DNA of 62,658 nucleotides, the filler included, from Circinaria calcarea (taxonomy: Eukaryota): assembly GCA_051942165.1 (NCBI GenBank). It is 16 parts of 16 records of this genome, joined end to end, with 100 filler letters (N's around TTAATTAATTAA, not from the genome) between each part and the next. Parts side by side here need not be neighbours in the genome. Positions count along the whole stretch, not along the records: positions 1 to 3,835 come from JAVECS010002597.1; positions 3,936 to 7,767 come from JAVECS010002598.1; positions 7,868 to 11,698 come from JAVECS010002599.1; positions 11,799 to 15,629 come from JAVECS010002600.1; 12 more parts are not named here. One strand, given 5' to 3'. A program made the translations under genes and the position numbers. Each line of letters opens with the position of its first letter. The stretch's first letter is position 1. The notes below the pieces were generated by a model. The model was not told the DNA's origin and did no database searches. It worked only from the letters and a program-made list of their open reading frames with translations. Of the stretch, positions 1 to 12,721 are shown in pieces.

Positions 1-1
1 A

Positions 2-808
2 GAACTGGCCAACATGATAGTTTCTTTGGTTGAAAACGGAGTTGATCTAATATGTCTTGGTCTAACTTGCCAGTTTTTCTGGGCGTTGCTCCGTAACCGT
101 GTCAAAGAAATCCTCGTCGAAGATATGGCACCATGGGCTGGTAGCCGCTTGATCTTGCTTGCAGACTACGCCGACGACCTCCCCACTTCTCTGCTCACAC
201 CTAGCGTTCGACAAGTCCTAGATGAAGCTACACAAGAAAAGCTCGACCGGGCCAGGCAAGAACGCTTCGGGCTCGAAGACTTTTGCCAGGGAACTCTGAA
301 CGATGTATCGTGGAGGTGGCCGGATGCTGAACGCCATCAAGTCTTGGACTCCGCTTCCAGTAGGCTTCGCGCGTCCGAAAAGCAACTACTCTCTAAGTTG
401 TTCGCGAATCCGTATCCCGAAGACCAAGCTTGGGTTCTCAGAAACATCTCCAAAAGGGAATACGTAACTGCTCAAGCGATGAACGAACTGTCTGGTGTTA
501 CCTCCACTGCGCTCGTCGAGAACACGGTTGGCTTCGGCGAGGTTATCCTTTCTCGTATTCAGTGGACGTCGGATCCCTCTGGCACGGTCGACGGGTGCAA
601 GGGCGAATGGGCCGGAGACCGATTCGACATCACCACGCTTGATAGGATAAGTCTTGGACTAACCCTGCACGAGCAAAATGATGGAGGAGAATGGAGAGAT
701 GTCAGCAAGGACGCCGCTGCAAAGGTCGGTCTGATTTGGTCCGGCAAAATTATGATGGCGAGGAGGGAAAACGGGGTTGGGTCTGACGATGAGGATGGAT
801 TTGTTTGA
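2..808 (+). CDS. Hypothetical fungal protein with an F-box-like N-terminal remnant, 5'-truncated
   Basis: The frame is open from the contig start: ELANMIVSLVENGVDLICLGLTCQFF resembles the end of an F-box motif. The C-terminal blocks WVLRNISKREYV and GEWAGDRFDI look like conserved fungal hypothetical-protein motifs. Stop at 808. Confidence 0.55.
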   Translation, partial: ELANMIVSLVENGVDLICLGLTCQFFWALLRNRVKEILVEDMAPWAGSRLILLADYADDLPTSLLTPSVRQVLDEATQEKLDRARQERFGLEDFCQGTLNDVSWRWPDAERHQVLDSASSRLRASEKQLLSKLFANPYPEDQAWVLRNISKREYVTAQAMNELSGVTSTALVENTVGFGEVILSRIQWTSDPSGTVDGCKGEWAGDRFDITTLDRISLGLTLHEQNDGGEWRDVSKDAAAKVGLIWSGKIMMARRENGVGSDDEDGFV

Positions 809-1900
809 CAAGAAGACCATCGATGACACCAATCGAGGCAGGATACCACCTATCTTTGACAAAGTCATACTCTATTCTGGATTTCTTTTCCTCTGCCTCA
901 CTCACTACAGAAAACTCGATTAGTTATCAGTACTTCATCAAACTCTAATGGCAACATGATTTCTCTCGTCCAACAGCCTAAATGCCCCAATTGTAATCCA
1001 GATCTCTACACCATCTCGTTCCTTCCCATGCCTCCTCCTAGTCCTGGTGGATGGTCTCCCGTTTAGTGCACACAGCCCATCACTCAGATCGGGATAAGTA
1101 CCAACCCATAGCTTCTCCTCTGGGAGGAACGCATACGTATATAGGGAAGCCTCCTGTCCAGGGAAGTTCTCGTCTCACGTGCCCTTGTCTAGTCGATAGA
1201 AACATTGCTATTTATGTGTCAATGGAGATACAGTCTCGAAAGGTGTAGGTGGTCCAAGGAACGGGTAGATAAGGATTGGTTTCTGACAAACTGGGAACCA
1301 CTCCCCCTCTGTGCCTTGATGGGTTAAAACTTCTTCTTGGCTAATACCGAGGTACTTCGACTTCATTCTTGGGGATATGCGTGTTTCAAATCCTAAATTC
1401 CACTGGAAGCCTATGACGTGGCTCCTCTGAATTGGAAAACCGATGCCAAGTTTTTGGCCTGCGCGCTAAACTAAAATTCTCCGTTCGTAATTCGCCGGGC
1501 CAACGCCCATCACTATTTACGGAGTACAAGAAATTCTTCCCCTCCCGGCCATCCGAAATCTGTCCCAGCCATTCTCTCGCTCGTCCAGCCTCCAAAAAGT
1601 ATCTGATAGCAACGTTGGAAGTAGGGAAGATCTGAGTAATATTGATGCAGGGAAGATAATAAATCTAGGGGCTCATCGCTAAGTCAATCATCCAAGCTCT
1701 CTCTCTCTGCATCTCATCCCCGTTTCTCTTTGACAAACTCTATTCCCCGCTTGCCTGTTTCTCATACAAAGCAGCTGTCTCATCTTCCATAACCTACTGT
1801 TCAGAAGCTATCATTGTTTCATAGGTACTCTTTTTCCGACCGAGAGAATATTCGAGGCCGTCTACAGGCTCTCCGTCCAACCCGGTCCACGAAAACTGTC

Positions 1901-3522
1901 ATGCGGCCTACCGTGCTCGCTACATGGTTGATCGTCTCCGCGACCACTTTTGTACCTTCGATAGCTCAGACATCCACTAAATGCAATCCTTTACAAGGTG
2001 AGACCATTGAGCATTCCATTGCGCCCTTTAGGAGCCATACTGATGCTAAAGTAGGTACCTGTCCTGCTGATCCTGCCTTGGGAAAATCTACGACCGTCGA
2101 CTTCACCCAAGGCATACCTTCCGACTTTACAGCAAATGGTGGACCTACATTCGATTCCAATGGCGCTTCCTTCTCGGTAGCGCAGCCAGGGGATGCCCCT
2201 ACGCTAACATCGAACTGGTACATCATGTTTGGACATGTCGAGATTGTACTGAAAGCAGCGCCTGGTGCCGGCATCGTTAGTACCCTGGTACTTCAGTCAG
2301 ACGATCTTGATGAGATAGACTACGAGTGGCTCGGAGGAGACAACACCCAAGTGCAAAGTAACTATTTCAGCAAAGGTCAAACGACAACCTACAACCGAGG
2401 AGCTTTCCATCCAAACGCTGGCAATCACGATGGCTTTCACAAATATACCATAGACTGGACCGCCGAAGAAGTTGTGTGGCAAATTGATGGGGTGACGGTA
2501 CGAGCCTTGACGCAAGCAGCCACAGGGGCACAAGGATATCCGCAAACACCAATGCAAGTCAAGATCGGTGCTTGGAGTGGAGGCGATCCTTCTAATGCGC
2601 CTGGTACGATCGGTAAGAATTTCAGTTGACAAACAGTCCGTCGAATCTCCGACTAAATCTTTTTCGACAGCATGGGCGGGTGGTCCGACGAATTATGGAT
2701 CCGGTCCTTATACCATGCAAGTCAAATCTGTTGCCGTCACTGACTACTCGACTGGATCACAATACACCTATGGAGATACGACTGGTAGCTGGCAGAGTAT
2801 CAAGTCTGCCGGGGGTTCTGTCAATTCTGGCGGAAATGGTTCACCAGCCGCTATCGCTCCAGCTCCAGCAGTGACTGCAGTGTCAAACGGGGCACCACTG
2901 CCATTTGAAGGTACTCATCGCGACACCAGTTCGACCTACGTCAGACCTAGTGGATGGCCTTGGGTTGCAAATCCTACGACTTTGTCAACCTTGACGTCGA
3001 CGGCAACAACGATCCCAGGTTTACCAAGTGGCTGGACTCTCACTGCGTCCGGTAAAGTCGTACCGCCAAGTGCGGCGCCTGTGAGTGAGCCATCCCCTAT
3101 CTCAATATTTTGCGTTTTGAAGCAAGTGATGCTGATCTGTCTTATTCAAGTCGACATCCCCTCCCGCCTCATCTACCTTGTCTGCAGTAGCCTTGCCGCC
3201 GGCTTCTGGTTTGGCAGCGGAAGGTGGCTCTGAAACAGTAATAAGATACAACCAGCAGGGTTTTCCCACTACCGTCATCGAACCTGCTGGGCGGGCTACA
3301 GCGTCCAAGAGCTACGACGGGCAAGGTTTCCTGATCACGCCCGGACCGGCAGGACCATCTTCGACAGCCGGCGTCGGCGTCGGTCAGAAAGCGGCAAACT
3401 CGGCTCAACCGTCCACTGTCAATGTCTTGAAAACCACCGTGACCGGGGCTGCTAGCCCAAGAGGCGTGTTTGGAGAGGTGCTTGGTATATGTGCATTTCT
3501 GGCTGCATTGGTCTTGTATTAG
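1901..3522 (+). CDS. crh1: GH16 CRH-family chitin/glucan transglycosylase, secreted and GPI-anchored
   Basis: Signal peptide MRPTVLATWLIVSATT, CNPL..TCPADPALG, YIMFGHVE, catalytic DLDEIDYEWLG, YPQTPMQVKIGAW. Introns at 1998-2054, 2613-2670 and 3081(or 3085)-3150. A Ser/Thr-rich stalk ends in the hydrophobic tail GVFGEVLGICAFLAALVLY*. Confidence 0.9.
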
Positions 3523-3835
3523 CGAAGCGCGCATTCAGGGTGTTTGAGCGATTGGGGGGGAGGCATAGCATTAGGGAAGGCGCAAACTGAGGGTTTTGGA
3601 TACCAAGACCATGGAGACAACCAGGTCGATGAATATACGAGCGGACACACACATGTATAGATTGTCCAATGTTGATAGATAACTGACAGATCAAATGCCC
3701 TTTTTTGGAAACAGATGATGAGCCGAACCGACTACCGTACCAAAACTTTCCTAAGAAACTTACTAGAGACTTTGAGATTAACAGGTAGCAGACCAAGCTC
3801 CCGATTTATAGTCTTTTTTCATTTATGTTTCCCAA

Positions 3836-3935
3836 NNNNNNNNNNNNNNNNNNNNNNNNNNNNNNNNNNNNNNNNNNNNTTAATTAATTAANNNNNNNNN
3901 NNNNNNNNNNNNNNNNNNNNNNNNNNNNNNNNNNN
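3836..3935. other. Artificial contig-joining spacer (first of 15)
   Basis: 44 N + TTAATTAATTAA + 44 N, giving stops in all six frames. Identical spacers start at 3836, 7768, 11699, 15630, 19561, 23490, 27416, 31341, 35264, 39181, 43096, 47010, 50923, 54836 and 58748. Confidence 0.99.
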
Positions 3936-4402
3936 TGCAGCACCGGCGAGCGACTGAAGGAGACGCAGAACATCAACAAGAGCCTGAGCTGCCTCGGGGA
4001 CGTTATCGGAGCTTTGGGCCAGGGCAAGGAAGGCGGGCATGTACCTTACCGCAACAGCAAGGTAGGTTAACTGCCGTAGGATGTGACGAGGCTTTCATGT
4101 TGCAGCATGGTGGAAAAACCATACAGCAGACTGACGTTTCCTATAGTTGACGCACTTGCTGCAATTCTCGCTTGGTGGCAACTCGAAGACACTCATGTTT
4201 GTCATGATAAGTCCGCTGCAAGCACATCTCAGCGAGACATTAACAAGCTTGAAATTTGCCGATAAGGTCCGTTAAATTTTCCCCTCTGATTACTTGCTTT
4301 ACTAACCGACTGTCCAAGGTGTGGAAGACCCACATTGGCATTGCCTCAAAGCGTGTAGCGTTGGGGCAAAAGGACGGGAATGCTCGTCAACACCACCAGT
4401 AG
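3936..4402 (+). CDS. klpA: Kinesin-14 (KlpA/Kar3-type) C-terminal motor domain, 3' fragment
   Basis: Manual splicing gives [40 protein letters not shown] | intron 4062-4146 | [40 protein letters not shown] | intron 4267-4318 | VWKTHIG...HHQ*. The motor sits at the C-terminus. The ORF track misses this gene. Confidence 0.85.
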
Positions 4403-5650
4403 TCCAAATAGTCCAGCCCAGAGGCTAGACTATGACTGGCTTGGCAGTCTGAAGGGTGGACTGCCAAGACTTATATAGATTTAGCGTAGTGGGCTCCAAA
4501 TAAACAGATATACTGTTGAATCGATGCCCCCTCTTGCTAATCTTGATGCCTGTAACACGTCTTGTATTCCGCACCCTTTCGTAGTGCTACATTCCTCCGC
4601 TCCTCCCTTTAATACCTTTATAGATCATCCTCTTACTATTCGTAGGCCTCTTCTAGGCAGGTTGTATCGGAGTAGGAAAGGAGGTTGAGGGGGTAGGCGT
4701 GTCCTATAGAGAATACACGTTAGTAAGCTATTCAATCATGCAGGGAACTCCCCTCAGCTGTTTTCAATAAGGAACTTCGATTCCAAGACCGTAAACACTG
4801 TAGTAGCTCTAGGGTAGCTGCATCCATGGATCCACGTTGATCTGTTACTGTAAGCTTTGCAGCAGAAAAGAGGGGTTCTGTATCCGCAGACATGGCTGGT
4901 ATAGACAGGATATCTAACGCCATTAGAGAGAGGTGCGGAAAGCGACGTCGTTGAATTGGATCCAGCCACCAATCAATAGCAGATTTCAGAGCTTCATGAT
5001 CAACGAGCAGCTCGTTGCAATAGATGGCGTATTCGTCCATAGAGTTAATAGTAACTGCAGTAGTTGTAGTGCGCTTATCCAACCATCCTAAGAATGGGTT
5101 CTTAACTAGCTTGGGCGGAGCGCATTCTTTGCGCATATCTGGCAGCGTGGATGTCGACTTATACTGTTCATTCCAGAGATCTAGGAAGAGCCTTTTTCGT
5201 AGGGGGAATCCATTCTGCATGCTTGTCAGCCCAGCGTTCATTGAAATAGCTCCATTTCCAGGTTGGATCCAGGACTATCGCTGCCGCATATACAGGCGTA
5301 TCATCGGTCATTTTGTAGTATTCGTTCAGCTTCGCCTAGCCAGTTTCGATGCAAGGCTTCATTAAGTCATTGACCGCGTATTGCTTGGTGCTTTGCTCGT
5401 AATGATCAAGTAGAAAGTCCATCGTCGGAATCACACGCGCCACAGAGTGCTGTGGGCTTTTGGTAGCCTTAGTGGCGTCGTAGAAGGCCCTAAGAAACTC
5501 ACGAATGTCAGCCAGTATCTTCCAATCATTACGGGAGAGTAGATCATCTTGTAGATTAGATTCTTCCATGCAGAAGCTGTCTATAGCCTGCTTAATCAAC
5601 GGCTCAGTAGCCCATTCAATCATGATAAACCAGGAATTCCATCTAGTCTT
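4397..5650 (-). mobile_element. hAT-family DNA transposon relic (disrupted transposase with C-terminal dimerisation domain)
   Basis: ORFs 5336-5623 and 4732-5241 give DWKILADIREFLRAFYDATK, G*AKLNEYYKMTDDTPVYAAAIVLDP and WW...FPHLSLMALDILSIPAMSADTEPLFS. There is an internal stop (5336-5338) and a frameshift near 5190. Palindrome-rich subterminal sequence lies at 4397-4470. Element ends are uncertain. Confidence 0.85.
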
Positions 5651-6082
5651 TTGATCACCTGATGCTCGTAGAAATAACTAAGGTTCCCATTAGCAGCCGT
5701 ATCGCTTCACGTTGATAATTTCCATAACAGTGAAAACAAAGGGGTGGGAAGAAAAGGCTTTATTAATCTGTAATTCATTGCCCTTTTGAGTTGATGTAAG
5801 CTATATAAATCTACCCTAGCTAAAGGTGGTGGGCTAAATGCTCCGATCTTCTGTTCAGGCTCTTCCTCTGATGATAATCCACTATCTGCTATTCTGACAA
5901 CTCAGGTAGCTAGCCATAGATGAGTAAGCCAGTCTTTTTTCAGTGACACATTTGAGACGTAGTAGTAAAGATGCTATGAGGTAGGAATCTCCGATGGAAC
6001 CGAGGGACAGCGTAATCAGATCCTCTACTAGCCGTCGGCAAACTCCAGACTCATAATGCAAGTTGACAGCTCAATCAATCAT

Positions 6083-6817
6083 TCAATCCTCTGCTCTAGC
6101 GCGAGCAAGTCGCTGCCTTCTTACACTCCCTTCAATGAAAATTTGTGCGGCGGTTCCCGTTGTAACGGTAGATATGCCGGAGGACGCACCAGTGGGAACA
6201 GATGTTGCTCTAGGTGCCTTAATGACGACATTCAAGTTGTAATCCAAAGCCAAAGGCTGGAACACTGGTCGCCTGCGAGTTGATGAAGAGCTCGTCTGCG
6301 AAGCACCAGGGAGAACAGCACTGGCGGATACATCGGTAGCTTCATCAAACACGCCCGAGGCTTCTGACTGTCTGCTGAAGTATTGCGAGTTAGGTAAGGA
6401 AATGTCATCGAGAGGGTGCTAGGTCTTGGCGTACTTTACTTTCTTAATTCCAACGGACTTACCATACGTCTTCCGTACTTTGCGGGTGGGGAACGGGAAG
6501 TTATCCTCATCAGCTTCGGCTACCTTTGGCCTTTTAAGACGCGGAGGTGTTTCGAGATCAATAAGATGGCATTGGTATGGGTCTGGTGATGAGCTGGTCT
6601 CACGATTCTTGGTCTTGACTCGGCTTAATGCACGAGGTTGTATAACGATAGTATCGCTGGTATCAGAGCTCGAGCCTCTCGTTAATGAATTTCGCATGTC
6701 CGATAGCCCGACCGGACCTGGAGATGGGGATCTATTACTGTCGAGCTGGGGATTGTCGATAAGATCTTCCACGTCTCGGGCAGCCATCTGTACGGAGTCA
6801 AGGTTAAAGATATCCAC
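6083..6817 (-). pseudogene. Possible stop-interrupted Ser/Pro-rich ORF of unknown function upstream of the hAT relic
   Basis: ORFs 6419-6817 and 6083-6352 are in the same frame, separated by a single TAG (possibly from CAG). I recognise no domain. Confidence 0.3.
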
Positions 6818-7867
6818 CTTTCAAGGAATACATGCTCATCTCAATTAATTACTGGAATCTGGACTGCTCGCTTGCTGACACAGCGAGCTGGCTCGTTGGA
6901 ATCTCTGGGCTCGGCCTCTGCTGTAGGTTGCCTCGAACACGGGTAATTGCTGTTTATATAGTCGGAGGGGATGGTATTAGACGCCGGTAGTTGTATCTGT
7001 CCGTTGTTCAAACAGTTGGACGGTGGATTGAAAACATGAGACAAAGGAGGAGGTGTATGCGTTAAGAAATGATATGCGAGAGGTGATACATCTATACGTC
7101 GCCCGTCAAATGAAGCGAGCGGGGTCGGACAGAGTAGGGTGAGGATGGAATAGGGTTAGGCTAAGGACCCTCTGGAGGGGTAAAATTCCGGCCGGCAATT
7201 GCACCCGAGAAGCTTGATCCTTCACCTCATCCCGTGGTGCAGTAGAGCGGCAACATCTCAACGTAGCCACTGTCGGTAACGAGCAACACCTTTAACAGAA
7301 CGCGTCGCCCGAGACTGTGGGGTCGAAAATATAACTTATATCCTAGGACTTCATTCAACCCCTTTAGTCCTTCGCTGCCCGGGAACCAGGACGAGTTTGG
7401 CGGAGATTATCTCGTTAGATCAATAATATTGTTTATAAATATTAATATGTTGAACTTTACGAGGTCTGTAAATACTCGGTAAAGTGTAGTGGAATTGGGT
7501 GCTGTGGTACGTCTCGTATCACGTATTCACAATGCAGTATGTGAGGCAGTTCGTTTATAGTATTTCAGTATGGGCGAAATCTATGTGAAATATAAAAAGT
7601 TTATAAATTATCAGAAAGAAAGTAATATTCTATGCACTTTCACTATTACGTTCGTAGACTAGTGAGGGGGGGTCAAGTATTGATATTTGGGCATAGGCAT
7701 ATTAATAAGGAATCGCCACCTGCCGATTTTCGTAGAAAATGGAGGCCCCCGGGAGGGTTCTGATAGGNNNNNNNNNNNNNNNNNNNNNNNNNNNNNNNNN
7801 NNNNNNNNNNNTTAATTAATTAANNNNNNNNNNNNNNNNNNNNNNNNNNNNNNNNNNNNNNNNNNNN

Positions 7868-8200
7868 GCTATCGAAATCGATCTCGAAAATCTCCGTCGT
7901 GAGCAGACCGAGCCCCATTCCCAAGGTTACGTCTACCTGATCCACATGGAAGGCACGATGTTCTACAAGATAGGTATGAGCCTCGATCCGCAGATACGCT
8001 TGCGGACATTGCAGACCGGGAATCCACATGCTCTACAGATCCTCAAGACGCAGGCTGTTGAAGACATGCGAAGCGTGGAGATTAGTCTTCATCGACAGTT
8101 TGAGACTCAGAGGGTCCCTAACGTTAACGTTAGAGAATGGTTTGATTTCCGTGATGGCACGGGGGAAATAGAGACTGCCTTTAGGACCATTATAGGATGA
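7868..8200 (+). CDS. T5orf172/MUG113-type GIY-YIG nuclease-like domain protein, 5'-truncated
   Basis: The frame is open from the contig start: GYVYLIHMEGTMFYKIGMSLDPQIRLRTLQTGNP...E..LHRQF...REWF, the hallmark motifs of the family. Confidence 0.82.
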   Translation, partial: AIEIDLENLRREQTEPHSQGYVYLIHMEGTMFYKIGMSLDPQIRLRTLQTGNPHALQILKTQAVEDMRSVEISLHRQFETQRVPNVNVREWFDFRDGTGEIETAFRTIIG

Positions 8201-9157
8201 AAGCAGGAGGGTTAGTTATGAGTAACATTCTCTAGCGGATCTTACTGACAGGGTAAGCTATCTACTGGACTAAAAATGTTGCGTGTGATCAGTCAAGGAA
8301 GCACTTCTGGAAGTTTCAATATCCCACCAGGGCACGACCGCTGTCCAATAGGAGGGCAGGGAGGGGAATATTCTACACCATGAGTTAGGTATAATCAATT
8401 GAGTCTTGATTTAGCTTGAATTATTAGCAGGTAATAATAGACCCAAGACTACGTATGTAAAATTCAGTACACTACGAAGCGGAAGAGTGCTGTCTAACGA
8501 GATAAGAGTCTTATTGATTAGTTATTAGTTATTAGTTATTACTATGGTCGCTATTCTACAAGTTTTGGCCCTTGCACTTTATACCCTAAGTAGGTTAAGT
8601 TTATAAATATTGCGCGACGGTCGCGCAGCTCACTCTCTACTGTGGTAAAGCTGCAGCTTCTGATTGAGCTCGAACTGTCGAAGTGTCAGAAAATCCACTA
8701 TACTGTTTCACGCCCAGGTTAAGGCACGTCGACGGCTTGCTGCATAATCAGGCATATAGGCGTAGTTTTCCTGCCTGTGGGTGTCTTTTCCCGCGGGTTT
8801 GTCCCTCTTTGAGTGTCCAGAAGACCTTGGGCCGCTGTCTGTTCCTCTTCTCCACTACCCATCGTGAAATGTTCGCTGAGATGTGCATCCCTAGGCTACC
8901 TAATTGCCACAATTGGCTCCAACTTCGAGAAACGCTGCCGGCAGGTCCTCGAAGTACAATCGCAATTTTCTCGCACCTTGACCCAGACCCTCGACCACCT
9001 TCTCTTGACCTTTTCCCCGTTCGACATCTCTATATTTTACCACCATACTTTACCGTGCTTTAGTAGATGTCCAAGCTGGTCTCTTAATCGGTTTCACACA
9101 GTCACCCTTATAGCAATTGAGAACGAGATTCACCTTCATCCTGTAATCTTGCCCTAA

Positions 9158-9928
<771 letters not shown>

Positions 9929-11076
9929 TATCTATTCTTTGAAATTTAAAAAATGTGCGTCAAGTGTGAATTCCTTGCATGGGGACCATGACTCGCGCCA
10001 TTGAGAGAATGTTGCCAGGGTAAACGCTTTACGCAAGTAGCTACTAGAATCCTTGATCGAGCCTTTGAACTTTCCTATAAATTCTGATGTTTGTGGTCAC
10101 GCCTGTCCCCGCCTTTCATGTCCCTATCGTTCCTGGTCTTGCAAGTGGGACAGATGAACTCATCAGTATGGATACTATCTTCTTCTCTGAGATTGACGCA
10201 GCTCAATGAAACCAGGCTCAGCAGCCACCGCCGCATGTGGTCATCCACTCTTCAGCTCCTCTCTGGCGGATGCAATACGAGACATCGAGAGCCTCGGGCT
10301 TTTCGCCATGACTTGCCCTCGTATCCAAGATCTCTTGCGTCGAGAAGCTATGGTCTCTGAACATCTCGTCCTCGACGCCCTTTGTCTTTAAGAATCTGCG
10401 TCTCCTGTTCTTTCGTCTTGAGTTCTCAGATTCATCGTCGAAGTTCGTCGGGTGCAAGATCAATACCCTCGATATCCTCTTTTCAGGTCCATCTGCCAGT
10501 CAATACGAGATCCTTGCAGCACATTCGTTTTCAAGATGCTCATTTGTCAATATCTATGCCCTCAATTGTTCTGGTGGGTTGCCGGGGGAATCTGTCGATT
10601 GAATCGGAAACAATGCTTTTTACTATACTTCCGTAGTATCCACCAGGTTAGGTTGAATTGAAGTAAATAACTTCTGATCTTTTGTTGCGCGGTGGGCTGG
10701 AGGGTACCTTCGAAAGCAGAGTCATGCCAGGATAAAGATCGCATCGAATCTCGAACATGGATGCGTTAGCGGAGGTAGCCCCGTTTCTCGGCCGCTAAAA
10801 ACGGCAGCCTTAAGCGAGTACCAACTGGGCTAAGAGCGGATTTCTGTCTTCTTGACTAAGTTGCCAGTTGCCAAGAGGCCATTGTCACGAATCCCGAAAC
10901 ATCAAACTCGCCGTGTCAGGCATCAAAAAACAAACGTGTCCAGATCTTGTTGCGTCAGCCACAGCTGTATCCAAGTAGCGCAACGCTCAGTGTCCTTGGA
11001 TCAGATAGAGAGAAAGACCCGAGAGCCCTTGCTATGCTATTCCGATAACAATTGCGCGAAAGCGCCTTGCATCACA

Positions 11077-11698
11077 ATGGTTAGGCGTCGGCGGCCTCCT
11101 CGAGCTGGAGCTCTTACGGACCTTTCCCCTCTGAAGATCCTGGCCCAGATTATTACTCTACAAGCAGCGTACTATGCTTGCGCCACTGTCCTGATAGTTT
11201 TTACTTCCCTGGTAGTTGGCAAAAGATTCAGCCCGGACCTCATCCTAAGTTGGCGAAGTTTGAGAGGAGATACCGCTGTCGGCTGGACACTGGGGCTTTG
11301 TTGGATGCTCAATAGCTTCATAGGGTAAAGGGCCTTTACTTTACTTCGCTCTTTCCTATGGACTATTTCTAAAAGCTGCTAACCAGCCGCCTCCCTTTAG
11401 TGTCATCTTCCTACTCCTTTTAGTTGCACGTTCGAAGCTAGTTCTTGACTTTGCTCTTACCATTCATTTTATCCATCTGATAGTCACTTCGCTGTACACT
11501 CACGGCCTCCCGACAAATATACTATGGTGGACGCTCCAGGCTTGCAGCGCAGCCCTTATGACATCTCTAGGAATTTGGAGCTGTCAATGGCGCGAGATGC
11601 GTCCAATGAGCTTTGGCGGAAAGGCCAAAGCCACACCGGGGCTAGTTGGGGAGAATGATGGGGACGTTGAAGACTCAGCAGGTCCGGTGGACTTTGGT
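11077..11698 (+). CDS. SYS1: Golgi integral membrane protein Sys1, 3'-truncated
   Basis: MVRRRRPPRAGALTDLSPLKILAQIITLQAAYY... | intron 11325-11400 | ...VARSKLVLDFALTIHFIHL...WW...GIWSCQWREMRPMSFG. Confidence 0.9.
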
Positions 11699-11868
11699 NN
11701 NNNNNNNNNNNNNNNNNNNNNNNNNNNNNNNNNNNNNNNNNNTTAATTAATTAANNNNNNNNNNNNNNNNNNNNNNNNNNNNNNNNNNNNNNNNNNNNCC
11801 AGGGAATCACTCAGTACCCAACTCAATCAATATACACCATTCGGGTGTCTCTTTCACAGTCCTTCGGC

Positions 11869-12721
11869 CTACCAATCCGCTACGCCGCCATCACGAACGA
11901 CGACCTTTCCAACCTCACCATCTCTTTTGCCTTCAACAACACCTACTATCACCTTTGCACCATCTTCCGGCTTCCCAGCACCCATCTCCTTTGCTTTCTC
12001 CGCATCCCCACTCAGATTGGTTGCCAGATATCCAGGACAAAGGCCCCAGACCTTCATTCCCTCCTTTCCTAAAGTCTTCGAATACTGCACCATCAACATA
12101 TTCAGCGCTGCCTTGCTACTTCGATATCCGGGAAGTCCAACGTTGTAATGTGGGTCTTTGGGATCAGAACCCATGCCAAGAGATCCTAGCTCGCTGCTAA
12201 TGAAGATCAGACGAGCATCCTGAGAGTGGCGGAGGAGGGGGAGGAATGTTTCTGTGACGGCTGCTGCACCAAAGACATTGGTTGAATAAATCTCCTGAAG
12301 GACTTGGCGGATGGTCTTATCTTTACTATCGGCTCTCTGCTCAATAGAAATACCAGCATTGTTGATGAGGACATCGAGGCGACCGTACTTCTCCTTGATG
12401 AAATTGAAGGCGCTCTGTATGGAGGAATCATCAGTAACATCTAGTTGCACTGGTGTGAATTCGACTTTCGAACAGGCCCCAGTGAGGGATTCGACAGCTG
12501 CTTCGCCACGGGAGAGGGAGCGGCTGCCAACGAGGATATGGTACCCTGAAGAAGACTGGGCAAGCAAGAGAGCGGTGCAGTAGCCGATGCCTTGGTTCGC
12601 GCCTAACATTGACGTTTTGTGAGCCCAGAAAAGTTGCATCATGCCCGCGTTTGAAGAGTACCAATGTCTTACCAGTGATGAGAACGGTTCTCTTGGACGG
12701 GGAGGTCTTTGAGTCGGCCAT
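11869..12721 (-). CDS. Short-chain dehydrogenase/reductase (carbonyl reductase-like)
   Basis: MADSKTSPSKRTVLITG | intron 12603-12672 | ANQGIG, followed by LINNAG, YRSSK and CPGYLATNL. Confidence 0.92.

Noticed and set aside
8540..8650. Third copy of the MITE (TACTATGGTCGC)
   Set aside because: Only 12 nt match and there is no closing inverted repeat.
10091..10744. Short overlapping ORFs between DPM1 and SYS1
   Set aside because: There is no recognisable domain or consistent splice model. At most this is a decayed gene.
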